From: an uncultured beta proteobacterium
Lineage (GTDB): Bacteria; Pseudomonadota; Gammaproteobacteria; Burkholderiales; Gallionellaceae
DNA: 64,000 nucleotides
Reading direction: 5' to 3'
Assembly: GCA_963715005.1 (NCBI GenBank)
Contig: CAVQQO010000006.1
Span: 293,293 to 357,292, forward strand
This document shows positions 1-10,642 of this stretch, piece after piece. Position 1 is the stretch's first letter. Each line of letters starts with the position of its first letter. Position numbers and translations under genes: made by a program. The notes beneath the pieces were generated by a model that had not been told where the DNA came from, did no database searches, and worked only from the letters and a program-made list of their open reading frames with translations.

Positions 1-1
1 T

Positions 2-82
2 TACCTCGCGGGCGGCGGCTTGATCGCCCTCTTCTGGGGACAAGCGCTGACGCAAAGTTATCTGCAACTGCTGGCTCCGTGA
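2..82 (+). CDS. pilD: Prepilin peptidase PilD, 3' end (partial, runs off window)
   Basis: Frame from base 2 reads YLAGGGLIALFWGQALTQSYLQLLAP*, typical of a PilD C-terminus; stop overlaps the coaE GTG; pilD-coaE-zapD-yacG is a conserved order. Confidence 0.75.
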   Translation, partial: YLAGGGLIALFWGQALTQSYLQLLAP

Positions 83-693
83 GCTATCTGGTTGGACTGA
101 CAGGCGGTATAGGCAGCGGCAAAAGCACAGTCGCAAATCTGTTTGCCGCACAAGGTGTGCGTATTGTAGATACTGACCTCATTGCGCACCAATTGACGCA
201 AGCGGGCGGAGCCGCCCTTACCGCGATACGCGACAAGTTTGGGGGCGCATTCATCGATAGTCACGGCGCACTCGACCGAAGCAAGATGCGTAACCTCATC
301 TTTGAGAATCCCGCCGAAAAAGCGATCCTCGAATCAATCTTACATCCGCTCATCCTTGCCCAAGCTAAACTGCAAGCCGCCGCTCCCCCCGCTGATGCAC
401 CCTATACGATCATCGTAGTGCCATTATTGTTTGAAAGCGGACACTATGCTGACTGGCTGCATCACATAGTCACGGTGGACTGTCCGGAAGAAAGCCAGAT
501 TGTGCGCGCCATGCAGCGAAGCAAAATGGATGAATCCGCCGTGCGTGCCATCATGGCCCAGCAACTTGGCAGAGCTGAACGGATACGGCTGGCGGACGAA
601 GTCATCCGAAATGATGGCAGTCTGGATGACCTAAAAAAACAGGTCGTCGGAATGCACCGCCGTTTGTCTGTTTTAGCTGCGGAAAGCGATTGA
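79..693 (+). CDS. coaE: Dephospho-CoA kinase
   Basis: VGLTGGIGSGKS P-loop, LESILHPLI, VPLLFE. Confidence 0.97.
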   Translation: MSYLVGLTGGIGSGKSTVANLFAAQGVRIVDTDLIAHQLTQAGGAALTAIRDKFGGAFIDSHGALDRSKMRNLIFENPAEKAILESILHPLILAQAKLQAAAPPADAPYTIIVVPLLFESGHYADWLHHIVTVDCPEESQIVRAMQRSKMDESAVRAIMAQQLGRAERIRLADEVIRNDGSLDDLKKQVVGMHRRLSVLAAESD

Positions 694-755
694 CGCCATG
701 CGGCGCTGCCTATATCTTTCGCAACCAATAGAAACCCCGTCTTAGTTAGGCGAAT

Positions 756-1514
756 GTGATCAGTTACGAGTTTCCTCTCAACGAACGAGTGCGCACCATG
801 CTGCGCCTGGAGGATCTCTTCTTCCGCATCACACGCTTCATTGACAGCAATGAAAGTCCAGATCATCACGCCGCATTGGGCGTGCTGTTCGAGATCCTTG
901 AAGTCGCAAGCCGCGCCGACCTTAAGTCAGAGTTGTTGCAAGAATTGGAACGCCAGAAAAAAGCGCTGAACGCGCTGCACAACAACCCGGAAATCGTAGA
1001 AGAAGCACTGGATGCTGTCCTCCGCGAGCTCGAAGGAGCCAGCACCAGACTGCTGGGCATGAACGGCAAGATCGGCCAGCACCTGCGCGACGATGAATGG
1101 CTGATGGGCATCAAACAGCGCGCCTGCATCCCTGGTGGCGTATGCGAATTCGACCTTCCTTCTTATCACTACTGGCAACATCAAAGCGCCGAACATCGCC
1201 GCAAGAATCTGGATGCCTGGCTCGGCCCCATGCTGCCATTGCGCGATGGCATCACCATATTGCTCAAGCTACTGCGCGAGAGTGGAAAGGTGCATCATTT
1301 CACCGCCTTCCACGGCAGCTTCCAACAGATGCAGGGCGGGCGCGTGGCACAAATGTTACGCATCTCGCTTGATACGGAACTTCTCTGTATCCCGGAAATC
1401 AGCGCCAATAAATACGCGCTCAACATCCGTTTCGTCGAAGCCAAGTACACAGCCAAGACCACGCTCTTCGATCAAGATGTGGCTTTCGACCTGACCTTCT
1501 GTTCACTGCAATGA
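756..1514 (+). CDS. zapD: Cell division protein ZapD
   Basis: YEFPLNERVRTMLRLE, PGGVCEFDLPSYHYW. Confidence 0.95.
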   Translation: MISYEFPLNERVRTMLRLEDLFFRITRFIDSNESPDHHAALGVLFEILEVASRADLKSELLQELERQKKALNALHNNPEIVEEALDAVLRELEGASTRLLGMNGKIGQHLRDDEWLMGIKQRACIPGGVCEFDLPSYHYWQHQSAEHRRKNLDAWLGPMLPLRDGITILLKLLRESGKVHHFTAFHGSFQQMQGGRVAQMLRISLDTELLCIPEISANKYALNIRFVEAKYTAKTTLFDQDVAFDLTFCSLQ

Positions 1515-1696
1515 ACAAGCCGCCAGTCGTCACCTGCCCGAACTGTGGCAAAGAACATGTATGGGACACCAATAACCGCTTCCGCCCATTCTGCAGCGAA
1601 CGCTGCAAACTCGTTGATCTGGGCAAATGGGCGAATGAGGAATATCGCGTCGAACAACGCGAACAAGATCTGCCTGAAACGGATCACCAAGCCTGA
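1511..1696 (+). CDS. yacG: DNA gyrase inhibitor YacG
   Basis: CPNCG...RPFCSERCKLVDLGKWANEEY zinc finger. Confidence 0.95.
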   Translation: MNKPPVVTCPNCGKEHVWDTNNRFRPFCSERCKLVDLGKWANEEYRVEQREQDLPETDHQA

Positions 1697-2622
1697 CGCA
1701 ATAATGCAATACCGTGTGCTCCATGCCGCCATGCGGTCTGCATATCTTCCCGCCCCAACCCGCCCAGTGCATACACCGGAATCGACGACCCTGCGGCGAT
1801 AGTCGCGAAGCTCTCCCAACCCAGATGCGGCGCGCCAGGATGCGATTTGGTCGGCAGCACCGGGCTCAGCAACGCGAAATCGCAGCCTAGCGCCTCCGCA
1901 CGGCGTAATTCTTCCGTGCTGTGACAAGAAGCCGCGCACCAGTCGACGGCAGGACGCTCACTCAATCCGGCAAGTTGCGTTGAGGTCAACTGCACCCCAT
2001 CCGCTCCCACCTCCCGCGCCAAATCCACATCACCGTTGAGCAGCACTTTCGCACCGCGCGCGTGAGCCATCGCCACCACGAGCTGCGCCAGCTCGCGCAG
2101 CTCGTCACGAGCCAGATTCTTTTCGCGCAACTGCACTAGCCTCAGACCCGCGTCTAGCCTGGCTTGCAGCCTTGCCAGGAATGGCTCTATGCCCAGTTCG
2201 GCGACGTTGCTAATCGCATACCAAGCGGGCAATTCCAGTGCGCGCAGAATGGGGGTATTGGCGGGGAGGACAGGTTCGACCGCAACTTGGGTCGGATGTT
2301 GCCAGGAAAATTGCTGTCCCTCATGCGGATGCAACTCGCCGCCCCACTCCGTCACGCGGAAAAAATTCAGACGCACCGTTGCATGCGGATAGGTGAAAAC
2401 GCGGGTGAGCCACGGGTAGGCGGTTTGGACGCTGATGCCTAGCTCTTCGCGTAGCTCGCGCACCAAGGCATGATACGGGGTTTCGCCCGGTTCAATTTTG
2501 CCGCCGGGGAACTCCCAATAGCCGGCCCAGATTTTGCCGGGAGGGCGTTGCGCGAGGAGGAAGGTGCCATCCGGCCGCTGCAGGACGGCGGCGGAGACTT
2601 CGACAAATCTACTTTTCGACAT
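1684..2622 (-). CDS. Nudix (MutT-like) hydrolase fused to thiamine-phosphate-synthase-like domain
   Basis: Nudix box WEFPGGKIEPGET...RELREELG, then QLREK, ASCHS, PVYALGG; start taken at ATG 2622. Confidence 0.92.
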   Translation of the reverse strand: MSKSRFVEVSAAVLQRPDGTFLLAQRPPGKIWAGYWEFPGGKIEPGETPYHALVRELREELGISVQTAYPWLTRVFTYPHATVRLNFFRVTEWGGELHPHEGQQFSWQHPTQVAVEPVLPANTPILRALELPAWYAISNVAELGIEPFLARLQARLDAGLRLVQLREKNLARDELRELAQLVVAMAHARGAKVLLNGDVDLAREVGADGVQLTSTQLAGLSERPAVDWCAASCHSTEELRRAEALGCDFALLSPVLPTKSHPGAPHLGWESFATIAAGSSIPVYALGGLGREDMQTAWRHGAHGIALLRQAW

Positions 2623-3472
2623 GACGCCCGCACCAGTCCCGTGCAAACTGTCCTGCCACGCGTCCGCTGCGCGATCCCCGCAGCAACGACCACTGCAACG
2701 CAGCCGTGCTTACCTTATCCGTTAGCCCTTGTTGCCACCCGTGATGCGCCAGCCAATGCGCCGCTACCGCCAGATATTCATCCTGCGTGAACGGATAGAA
2801 AGAGATCCACAAACCGAAACGCTCAGATAGCGACACCTTCTCTTCCACGCTTTCCGCCGGATGCACTTCATCGCCGACATATTGGGTGGCGAGATTGTCC
2901 TGCATATAATCCGGCATCAGATGGCGGCGGTTGGATGTCGCGTAGATGAGCAAGTTGTCGGAGAAGGCCACCAGATCGCCATCCAGCGCGGCCTTGAGCG
3001 ATTGATAACCAGGTTCGGCATCATTGAAAGAGAGGTCGTCGCAATACAGGATAAAACGTTCGGCGCGTCCCTGCACCAGCCCAACGATGTGCGACAGGTC
3101 GATCAGGCCCTGCTTGTCGATCTGGATCACGCGCAGGCCCTGGCCGGCGTATTCGTTCAACAAGGCTTTGACCAACGACGATTTGCCGGTGCCGCGCGCT
3201 CCGGACAGCAGCACGTTGTTCGCCGTGCCGCCGCGCACGAATTGCAGCGTGTTCTGCTGGATACGTTGTTTTTGGTCGTCGATACCGAGCAGGTCAGTCA
3301 GGGCGATGCGCTGAAAATTTGGAACGGGATGCAGCGCGCGTTGCTGGTGATCCCAGCGAAAGGCAGCGGCGGCTTGCCAGTCCGGAGATTGCGGGTTTGC
3401 GCCGGGCAGGATGTTTTCCCGTCGAGAGAGCAGGCCTTCGGCACGGGTGAGGAATTTTTCCAGCTTATCCAT
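2609..3472 (-). CDS. AAA+ ATPase (DUF815 family)
   Basis: GARGTGKSS Walker A, CDDLSF, ATSNRRHL, EEKVSLSERFGLW. Confidence 0.9.
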   Translation of the reverse strand: MDKLEKFLTRAEGLLSRRENILPGANPQSPDWQAAAAFRWDHQQRALHPVPNFQRIALTDLLGIDDQKQRIQQNTLQFVRGGTANNVLLSGARGTGKSSLVKALLNEYAGQGLRVIQIDKQGLIDLSHIVGLVQGRAERFILYCDDLSFNDAEPGYQSLKAALDGDLVAFSDNLLIYATSNRRHLMPDYMQDNLATQYVGDEVHPAESVEEKVSLSERFGLWISFYPFTQDEYLAVAAHWLAHHGWQQGLTDKVSTAALQWSLLRGSRSGRVAGQFARDWCGRHVEK

Positions 3473-3509
3473 AAAACCTCTTCATCCTCTCCCGTGCGGG
3501 AGCTGCAAA

Positions 3510-4727
3510 TCAACTTCTGTAACTGGCGTTGATCTTGACGTAATCGTAGGAAAAATCGCATGTCCACAATGTGGCATCTACCGCGCCACGATTCAACACC
3601 ACGCGGATGGTGATGTCGCTCTGCTGCATCACGCGCTGGCCATCTGCTTCCTGGTAGCTTGCGGCACGGCCGCCGTTCTCAGCCACCAGCACGTCATCGA
3701 GATACAGCTTCAACTTCTCGACATCGAGGTCGGCAACGCCCGCATAACCGATCGCGGCAAGGATACGCCCGAGGTTGGGATCGGAGGCGAAGAACGCGGT
3801 CTTGACCAGGGGCGAATGCGCAATGGCGTAACCGATCTTCTTGCACTCAGCTTCATCCTTGCCGCCCTCGATCTGGATGGTAATGAACTTGGTCGCACCT
3901 TCGCCGTCGCGCACGATGGCCTGTGCCAGCACGGTGGCGACTTCGGTAATGGCGGCCTGCAAAACAGCTCGGTTCGCGGCGTCGATAGCGACGCCGCTCT
4001 TGCCGGTGGCAATCAGCATCAGCGCGTCGTTGGTGGAAGTGTCGCCGTCCACAGTGATGCAGTTGAACGAACGGTTGGCCGCCTCAGACACCATCTGCTG
4101 CAGCAGCGGTTGCGCAACGGCGGCATCGATAGCGATGTAGCCCAACATGGTGGCCATGTTGGGATGAATCATGCCGGAACCTTTGGACATGCCGGTCACG
4201 GTGACGGTCTTGCCGTTGATCTGGATTTGGCGCGATACAGCCTTGGCCACGATGTCGGTGGTCATGATGGCCTGCGACGCATTGAACCAGTTGTCGTCTT
4301 TCAGATTGCTGATAGCTTGCGGCATACCGGCGACGATCTTATCGACGGGCAGCGGCTCCATGATAACGCCGGTAGAATATGGCAACACCTGCTCCGGCGC
4401 GCAGCCCAACAGTTTCGCCAGTTCCGCACAGGTAGTGCGTGCCGCAGCCATACCCTGTTCGCCGGTTCCGGCGTTGGCATTGCCGGTGTTCACCACCAGC
4501 GCACGAATGCCTTTGCCCGCGGCGAGGTGTTCTTTCGCCAAGGTGACCGGCGCAGCACAGAAACGGTTGGTGGTGAACACGCCTGCAACGGTCGCGCCCT
4601 CATCCAGCTTAATGACCAGCAGGTCCTTGCGGTCTGCCCGCTTGATGCCCGCTTCCGCAGTACCCAAAGAAACGCCCGCAACGGGCAACAGTTGTGCCGC
4701 GACGGGCGCAGAGAGATTCACCGGCAT
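3510..4727 (-). CDS. argJ: Ornithine acetyltransferase ArgJ
   Basis: [45 protein letters not shown]. Confidence 0.97.
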   Translation of the reverse strand: MPVNLSAPVAAQLLPVAGVSLGTAEAGIKRADRKDLLVIKLDEGATVAGVFTTNRFCAAPVTLAKEHLAAGKGIRALVVNTGNANAGTGEQGMAAARTTCAELAKLLGCAPEQVLPYSTGVIMEPLPVDKIVAGMPQAISNLKDDNWFNASQAIMTTDIVAKAVSRQIQINGKTVTVTGMSKGSGMIHPNMATMLGYIAIDAAVAQPLLQQMVSEAANRSFNCITVDGDTSTNDALMLIATGKSGVAIDAANRAVLQAAITEVATVLAQAIVRDGEGATKFITIQIEGGKDEAECKKIGYAIAHSPLVKTAFFASDPNLGRILAAIGYAGVADLDVEKLKLYLDDVLVAENGGRAASYQEADGQRVMQQSDITIRVVLNRGAVDATLWTCDFSYDYVKINASYRS

Positions 4728-4737
4728 TTAACTTCCT

Positions 4738-5235
4738 TTAGAAACGACCTTGTGTCCTGTAGATATAGTTGCTCATCTCGACCGACTGCGTATTCATGCG
4801 GCGGACGATGCCATGCACGTAGCGCACGATGCCGCGCATCACGTAATACACGATGGCAGGCTGCGTGTTCAGCAAGGACTCGAACTTGGAACGCTCCAGC
4901 ACCAGCACCTTGCTGTCCGTCTTGGCGACAGTCGTCGCACTGATCTGCATCACATTGCCACCGACGAAACCGATGATGCCGGCCAAATCCCCGGGCTGGA
5001 GCATATGCAACGTCATTTGCTCGCCACCGGTATTGGCGGTCGCTTCCACATCGCCGCTGCCCAGAATCAACAAGGAGTCTTTCAGCACGGTGTCGCCTGG
5101 CTTGAGGATGAACTCTCCCGCCTTGTAATCGCGTACCGTGATCAGACTAGCCAGCTGCTCGATCTCGGAATCGCGCAACTCCTCCGTCAGTGTGGAGTTG
5201 TGCAAGGTTTGTATGATCAAGTCTTCTTTTGTCAT
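4738..5235 (-). CDS. Stand-alone cyclic-nucleotide-binding domain protein
   Basis: cNMP-fold pattern (YKAGEFI..PG, LQPGDLAGIIGF, SATTVA); GGGGAG RBS before ATG 5235; no HTH seen. Confidence 0.8.
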   Translation of the reverse strand: MTKEDLIIQTLHNSTLTEELRDSEIEQLASLITVRDYKAGEFILKPGDTVLKDSLLILGSGDVEATANTGGEQMTLHMLQPGDLAGIIGFVGGNVMQISATTVAKTDSKVLVLERSKFESLLNTQPAIVYYVMRGIVRYVHGIVRRMNTQSVEMSNYIYRTQGRF

Positions 5236-5261
5236 TCTCATCTCCCCAGATGTTGATTGCA

Positions 5262-7982
5262 TCAATTCAATCTGCCATGGCACTGCTTGTATTTTTTCCC
5301 CGACCCGCACGGGCATGGATCGTTGCGACCGACCTTCTCGCCCCCACGCACGAAAGGCTTCTGCTCTGCATTTTTTTCGTCGGTTTGAGCCAGCGCCTCT
5401 TCGTAATCAGCGTGATGATACTGCACATTTTCCGGCGCGTGGGGCGCTTCCGCGGCCGCCACATCCGCCTCGCTGCGTATCTGCACATTCAGCAACGTCT
5501 GCGTCACATCGCGCTTGATCGCCTCCAGCATCGTCGAGAACAGCTCGAACGCTTCGCGCTTGTATTCCTGCTTGGGATTCTTCTGCGCATAGCCGCGCAG
5601 GTGAATACCTTGCCGCAAGTGATCCAGCGCCGCCAGATGCTCGCGCCAGTGCTGATCCAGGCTCTGCAGCATGACGATGCGCTCGTAGCTGTGCATCACC
5701 TCGCCGCCGACCCGATCTATCTTGGCCTGATATTGCTTGTGTGCGGCCTCCACTACACGCTCGCGCAGACCGTTTTCGTCCAGGTGTTTGTCCTGCTCCA
5801 GCCATTGCACCACCGGCAGATGCAACTTGAAACTCTGCCGCCAAGCGTTTTCTCCAGCCCGGACGCATCCCACTGTTCTTCCATGCTGCCGTGCGGGATA
5901 TGTTCTGCGACGAGATCGGACAGCACGCCTTCGCGCATCGCATCGATGGTTTCCGAAATGTCCGTGCTTTCCAGCAATTCGGCACGCTGCTGGTAGATCA
6001 CCTTGCGCTGGTCGTTGGCGACGTCGTCATATTCCAGGATCTGCTTGCGCATGTCGAAGTTGCGCGCTTCCACCTTGCGCTGCGCATTTTCGATGGCGCG
6101 TGTCACCCAGCTATGCTCGATCGCCTCGCCCTTCCGGCAGCTTGAACTTGTTCATGATCGCCGCCACGCGGTCGGAAGCGAAGATGCGCAGCAACGGGTC
6201 TTCCAGCGACAGGTAGAAACGGCTGGAACCGGCATCGCCTTGGCGCCCGGAACGTCCGCGCAACTGGTTGTCCACGCGGCGCGACTCGTGGCGCTCGGTA
6301 CCGACGATGTGCAGGCCGCCGCTGGCCAGCACTTGTTCATGCAGCGACTGCCATTCCGATTTCAACTTTTCGATACGCTGGTTGCGCGTCGCCTCATCCA
6401 GCGACTGTCGTCGGCGTGCAGGTGCTCGATCTGCTTCTCGACATTGCCGCCCAGCACGATGTCCGTACCGCGCCCCGCCATGTTGGTGGCGATGGTGATC
6501 ATCTTCGGACGACCCGCTTGCGCCACGATTTCGGCCTCGTGCGCATGCTGCTTGGCATTGAGCACCTGATGCGGCAGCTTTTCCTTTTCCAGCAGGCCGG
6601 ACAGCAGCTCGGAGGTCTCGATGGAGGTCGTGCCCACCAGCACCGGTTGTCCGCGTTCGTAGCAGTCGCGCACATCGGCGATGACCGCTGCATATTTTTC
6701 GCGCGCACTGAGATAGACCTTGTCCATCATGTCCTTGCGCACGGTGGGACGATGCGGCGGAATAATGACGGTTTCCAGGTTGTAAATAGTCTGGAATTCG
6801 TAGGCCTCGGTGTCCGCTGTTCCGGTCATGCCGGCCAGCTTGTTGTACATGCGGAAATAGTTCTGGAAAGTGATCGAGGCCAGCGTCTGGTTCTCTTTCT
6901 GGATCGTTACGCCTTCCTTGGCCTCCACCGCCTGGTGCAGACCATCCGACCAGCGGCGTCCCGACATCAAACGCCCGGTGAACTCATCGACGATCACCAC
7001 TTCGCCGTTTTGCACCACATAGTGCTGGTCGCGCAGGAACAGGTTATGGGCGCGCAGCGCAGCGTATAAATGATGGATCAGCGTGATGTTGGCCGGATCG
7101 TACAGACTGCCGCCAACCGGCAGCATACCGGCCTGCGCCAGCAGACGTTCGGCATGCTCATGGCCGGATTCACTCAGCAGGATCTGATGGTTCTTTTCAT
7201 CGACGTGATAGTCGCCCGGCGCATTCTCGTCCGCCTGGCGTCTCAAACTCGGCGCCAATTTGTTCATCTGCAGATAAACGTCGAGGTTGTCTTCCGCTTG
7301 GCCGGAGATAATGAGCGGGGTGCGCGCCTCGTCGATCAGGATGGAGTCCACTTCATCGACAATGGCGAAATTCAGCCCGCGCTGGAAACGATCCTCCGCA
7401 TTGGCTGCCATGTTGTCGCGCAGGTAATCGAACCCGAATTCGTTGTTGGTACCGTAGGTGATGTCCGCGCCGTAGGCAGTCTGCTTGTCCGCATGCTCCA
7501 TGCTGGTCAGAATGACGCCGACCGACAAGTCCGAGGAACTGATACAGCTTGCCCATCCACTCGGCATCGCGTGCCGCCAGATAGTCGTTCACCGTCACCA
7601 CATGCACGCCCTTTCCGGACAGCGCATTCAGATAGGCCGGCAGGGTCGCCATCAGGGTCTTGCCTTCGCCGGTGCGCATCTCGGCGATCTTGCCGTAATG
7701 CAGCACCATGCCGCCGATCAGTTGCACATCGAAGTGCCGCATCTGCAGGGCGCGCTTGCCGCCTTCGCGCACCACGGCAAAAGCTTCCGGCAAGATCGCA
7801 TCCAGCGATTCGCCCTGCTGTACGCGTTGCTTGAATTCTGCAGTCTTGCCCCGCAAGGCATCGTCGGAAAGAGCGGCTATTTGCTCCTCCAGCGCATTGA
7901 TACGCACGACGTTCTGGCGATATTGTTTGAGCAAGCGGTCGTTACGACTGCCAAATACGGATTTCAACAATTTGGAGATCAT
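5262..7982 (-). CDS. secA: Preprotein translocase SecA (about 4 apparent frameshifts near 7530, 6400, 6130, 5845; likely consensus errors)
   Basis: [59 protein letters not shown] and C-terminal [13 protein letters not shown] across consecutive frames. Confidence 0.97.
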
Positions 7983-8011
7983 GCTGTCTTTTTCTTACTG
8001 CCGTTACAAAC

Positions 8012-8041
8012 AAAAAAGGGTGAGGCACACACCTCACCCTT
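8012..8041 (-). terminator. Rho-independent terminator after M23 peptidase gene
   Basis: AGGGTGAGG/CCTCACCCT stem followed by T6 on the minus strand. Confidence 0.7.
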
Positions 8042-8058
8042 CGACTAAGCCTACCGAT

Positions 8059-8982
8059 TCAACTGGCTGCTTTTTCCAGGAAGCGTACCGGATTCTGGGC
8101 GATGCCTCTGTATCTCACTTCGAAGTGCAGGTGGTTGCCTGTGGAACGCCCCGTACTTCCGACCCTGGCAATTTCGTGCCCGCGCCGCACCACATCGCCG
8201 ACCTTGACCAGCAACTTGGACGCATGCGCATAGCGCGTGATGACCTGATTGCCGTGATCGATTTCGACCATATTACCATACTGCGGATGGGTGTCTGCAT
8301 ACACAACGACCCCGCCTGCGGATGCATAGATAGGGGTGCCTGCCGGCACCATATAATCCACGCCTTCATGCATCGCACTTCTGCCCGTAAAAGGATCAAT
8401 GCGCCAGCCAAAGTTGGAGGAGTACCACCCCTCCATGATAGGAGCAACGGACGGCAACAGCTTTTTACTCAGCTTGTCCTGCATCAGCAAGGTCTCTAGC
8501 GCCACCAACTTATCGCTGCGATCACTCAGCAAGGAATTCAACTCAACCATCTGTTGTTCCATACCTACGAGCGAGATTTCCTGCTGCAGTGAAGCGGGCA
8601 GATAAGGCCCCCCTTGCGCAGGAGTTTGCCCGAACGAAAAATCCTGTGGCTTCATGCCTGTCAGTTTGGCAAGACGGGCTCCCAACCCATCCAGGCGCAA
8701 CAACTGGGCCTGCATCTGACCCAAGCGCATCGCCAAAGTATCCAGGCTCTTGTGCAGATATGCCTGCTGTTTCTGCTGCTCATCCTGTTGCGCGCCGGCT
8801 AACCAGCTACGCATCTCGTTGCTCAGCATGCCCGGCTGAAAGCGAACGATGACATACTGCGCCGCCAACACAGCAGCGACGAACAAAACTGTTGCCAACA
8901 TTGCCAACAAAGCCAGATGCGCCCCCGACAGCGAAATGCTGCGAGCTTTTGCAAACCGGTTGGAAACTAGAATAATATTCAC
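8059..8982 (-). CDS. M23 family peptidase
   Basis: HEGVD, YGNMVEIDH, STGNHLHFEV; N-terminal TM segment and coiled coil. Confidence 0.93.
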   Translation of the reverse strand: MNIILVSNRFAKARSISLSGAHLALLAMLATVLFVAAVLAAQYVIVRFQPGMLSNEMRSWLAGAQQDEQQKQQAYLHKSLDTLAMRLGQMQAQLLRLDGLGARLAKLTGMKPQDFSFGQTPAQGGPYLPASLQQEISLVGMEQQMVELNSLLSDRSDKLVALETLLMQDKLSKKLLPSVAPIMEGWYSSNFGWRIDPFTGRSAMHEGVDYMVPAGTPIYASAGGVVVYADTHPQYGNMVEIDHGNQVITRYAHASKLLVKVGDVVRRGHEIARVGSTGRSTGNHLHFEVRYRGIAQNPVRFLEKAAS

Positions 8983-9018
8983 GCAATCCCCTTATGAAGC
9001 AAACTCTGTGAACCTACC

Positions 9019-9438
9019 GTGCCGCATCGTCTGAACGCCTTTCTGGCATCCAATCAAGAACTGCGGCAACTTTCGAGCAAAGCCAGGCAGCTTGCGGCCC
9101 TGCAACGAAACTACGCACTCATCGTTCCGCCCTCGCTGCAAGCCAGCAGCCGTGTGTTACAGCTTCGTCAGCAGCTGGTGGTCATTGGAGCAGACAACGG
9201 CGCGGTAGCATCCAAATTACGTCAGATGACCACAGAAATCATTTCCCTTTTTCAAGCAAGGGGATGCGAGGTTACTGGAATTCAAATCCGGGTGCAAGTC
9301 GGCTCCCCGCGCCTCCCCGCCAAGACCACTCCGCGCAAACTCGGTCAGGATGCACGCAACGCACTGGAGGAACTGGGAGAAAAACTGGACGATTCACCGC
9401 TCAAATCCGCCTTGCGGCGGCTTGCCAAGCGCTCCTAG
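9019..9438 (+). CDS. DciA (DUF721) family helicase-loader-like protein
   Basis: ADNGAVASKLRQ motif, C-terminal SPLKSALRRL; conserved position between lpxC and M23/secA. Confidence 0.8.
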   Translation: MPHRLNAFLASNQELRQLSSKARQLAALQRNYALIVPPSLQASSRVLQLRQQLVVIGADNGAVASKLRQMTTEIISLFQARGCEVTGIQIRVQVGSPRLPAKTTPRKLGQDARNALEELGEKLDDSPLKSALRRLAKRS

Positions 9439-9632
9439 ACAAAGACACGCCAGGCGACCATGCCGTACCGCTCCAGCAGATACAGGGCGCCGAACACCAG
9501 CAGCGCGTAGACCATAAAGCGCGCCACCTGCCAGGCAAATCGCATATAACGCGGGTCACGGGTAAATAGATAGATGACCGATGAGGCCGCGATGAGCAAC
9601 GTGGAAAGCAATAACGCGAGGCGGATCAGCAT
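9435..9632 (-). CDS. Small 2-TM membrane protein (65 aa)
   Basis: MLIRLALLL...FTRDPRYMRFAWQ...LYLLER; starts 13 bp after the lpxC stop. Confidence 0.7.
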   Translation of the reverse strand: MLIRLALLLSTLLIAASSVIYLFTRDPRYMRFAWQVARFMVYALLVFGALYLLERYGMVAWRVFV

Positions 9633-9645
9633 CGCAGCCCGCTTG

Positions 9646-10557
9646 TCAGGCCGCCTGCAATTGCAGACGCAGGAAATCAGGCGCTTCTTCTGGTTTCTCG
9701 AACGTATTGAACTCCCATGCCGTTTCATCATCCAGCAATGCGCGGCATAAGGCGTTATTCAAGGCATGGCCTGATTTGTAGCCGGAAAAAGCACCGATCT
9801 GCGGATGCCCGAGCAGGTACAGGTCGCCGATGGCATCCAGAATCTTGTGTTTCACGAACTCATCCTCGAAACGCAGGCCGTCCGGATTGATGACGCGGTA
9901 TTCGTCCATCACGATCGCGTTATCCAGACTTCCGCCCAAAGCCAGGCCTTGTGAGCGCATGTACTCGACCTCCTGCATGAAACCGAAGGTACGGGCACGG
10001 CTTACTTCCTTTATATAGGAATGCTCGCCGAGATCGACGGTCACGTTCTGCTTGGTGTTGGCAAACACCGGGTGAGCGAAATTGATGGTGAAGTTCAGCT
10101 TGTAGCCGTTATACGGCTCGAAGCGCACCCACTTGTCGCCGTCCTTCACTTCCACCACTTTCTTGATGCGGATGAATTTTTTGGCGGCGGCCTGTTCGAC
10201 GATGCCCGCCGATTGCAGCAGAAAGATGAACGTGCCGGCACTGCCATCCATGATGGGCAGTTCCGAACTGGTCAGCTCGACGATGGCATTATCGATACCC
10301 AAGCCGGCCAGCGCCGACATCAGGTGCTCCACCGTCGCCACGCGCGCGCCATGAGCTTCCAGGCATGTCGAAAGGCGCGTGTCATGCACGGCATGCGCCT
10401 CGGCACGGATATCTGCAGAATTCGCCAGATCGACGCGACGAAACACAATACCGCTGTCGATGGCAGCCGGGCGCAAGGCCAGATAGACCTTTTCCCCGGT
10501 GTGCAGACCGACACCCGTCGCCTGCACTGTCGTCTTCAATGTGCGCTGCTTGACCAT
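9646..10557 (-). CDS. lpxC: UDP-3-O-acyl-GlcNAc deacetylase
   Basis: [26 protein letters not shown]. Confidence 0.98.
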   Translation of the reverse strand: MVKQRTLKTTVQATGVGLHTGEKVYLALRPAAIDSGIVFRRVDLANSADIRAEAHAVHDTRLSTCLEAHGARVATVEHLMSALAGLGIDNAIVELTSSELPIMDGSAGTFIFLLQSAGIVEQAAAKKFIRIKKVVEVKDGDKWVRFEPYNGYKLNFTINFAHPVFANTKQNVTVDLGEHSYIKEVSRARTFGFMQEVEYMRSQGLALGGSLDNAIVMDEYRVINPDGLRFEDEFVKHKILDAIGDLYLLGHPQIGAFSGYKSGHALNNALCRALLDDETAWEFNTFEKPEEAPDFLRLQLQAA

Positions 10558-10642
10558 TTCTCAATAACCCGACAAATCAGGCGCGAAGTTTAACATAGGC
10601 GAACGGAAGCCCGTCGCCGCGCCGTTTGTCCTTGCCCTGCGA

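Noticed and set aside
1684-2622. Nudix-thiamine phosphate synthase fusion as a novelty
   Set aside because: Well-known fusion in this secA/argJ neighbourhood of beta- and gammaproteobacteria
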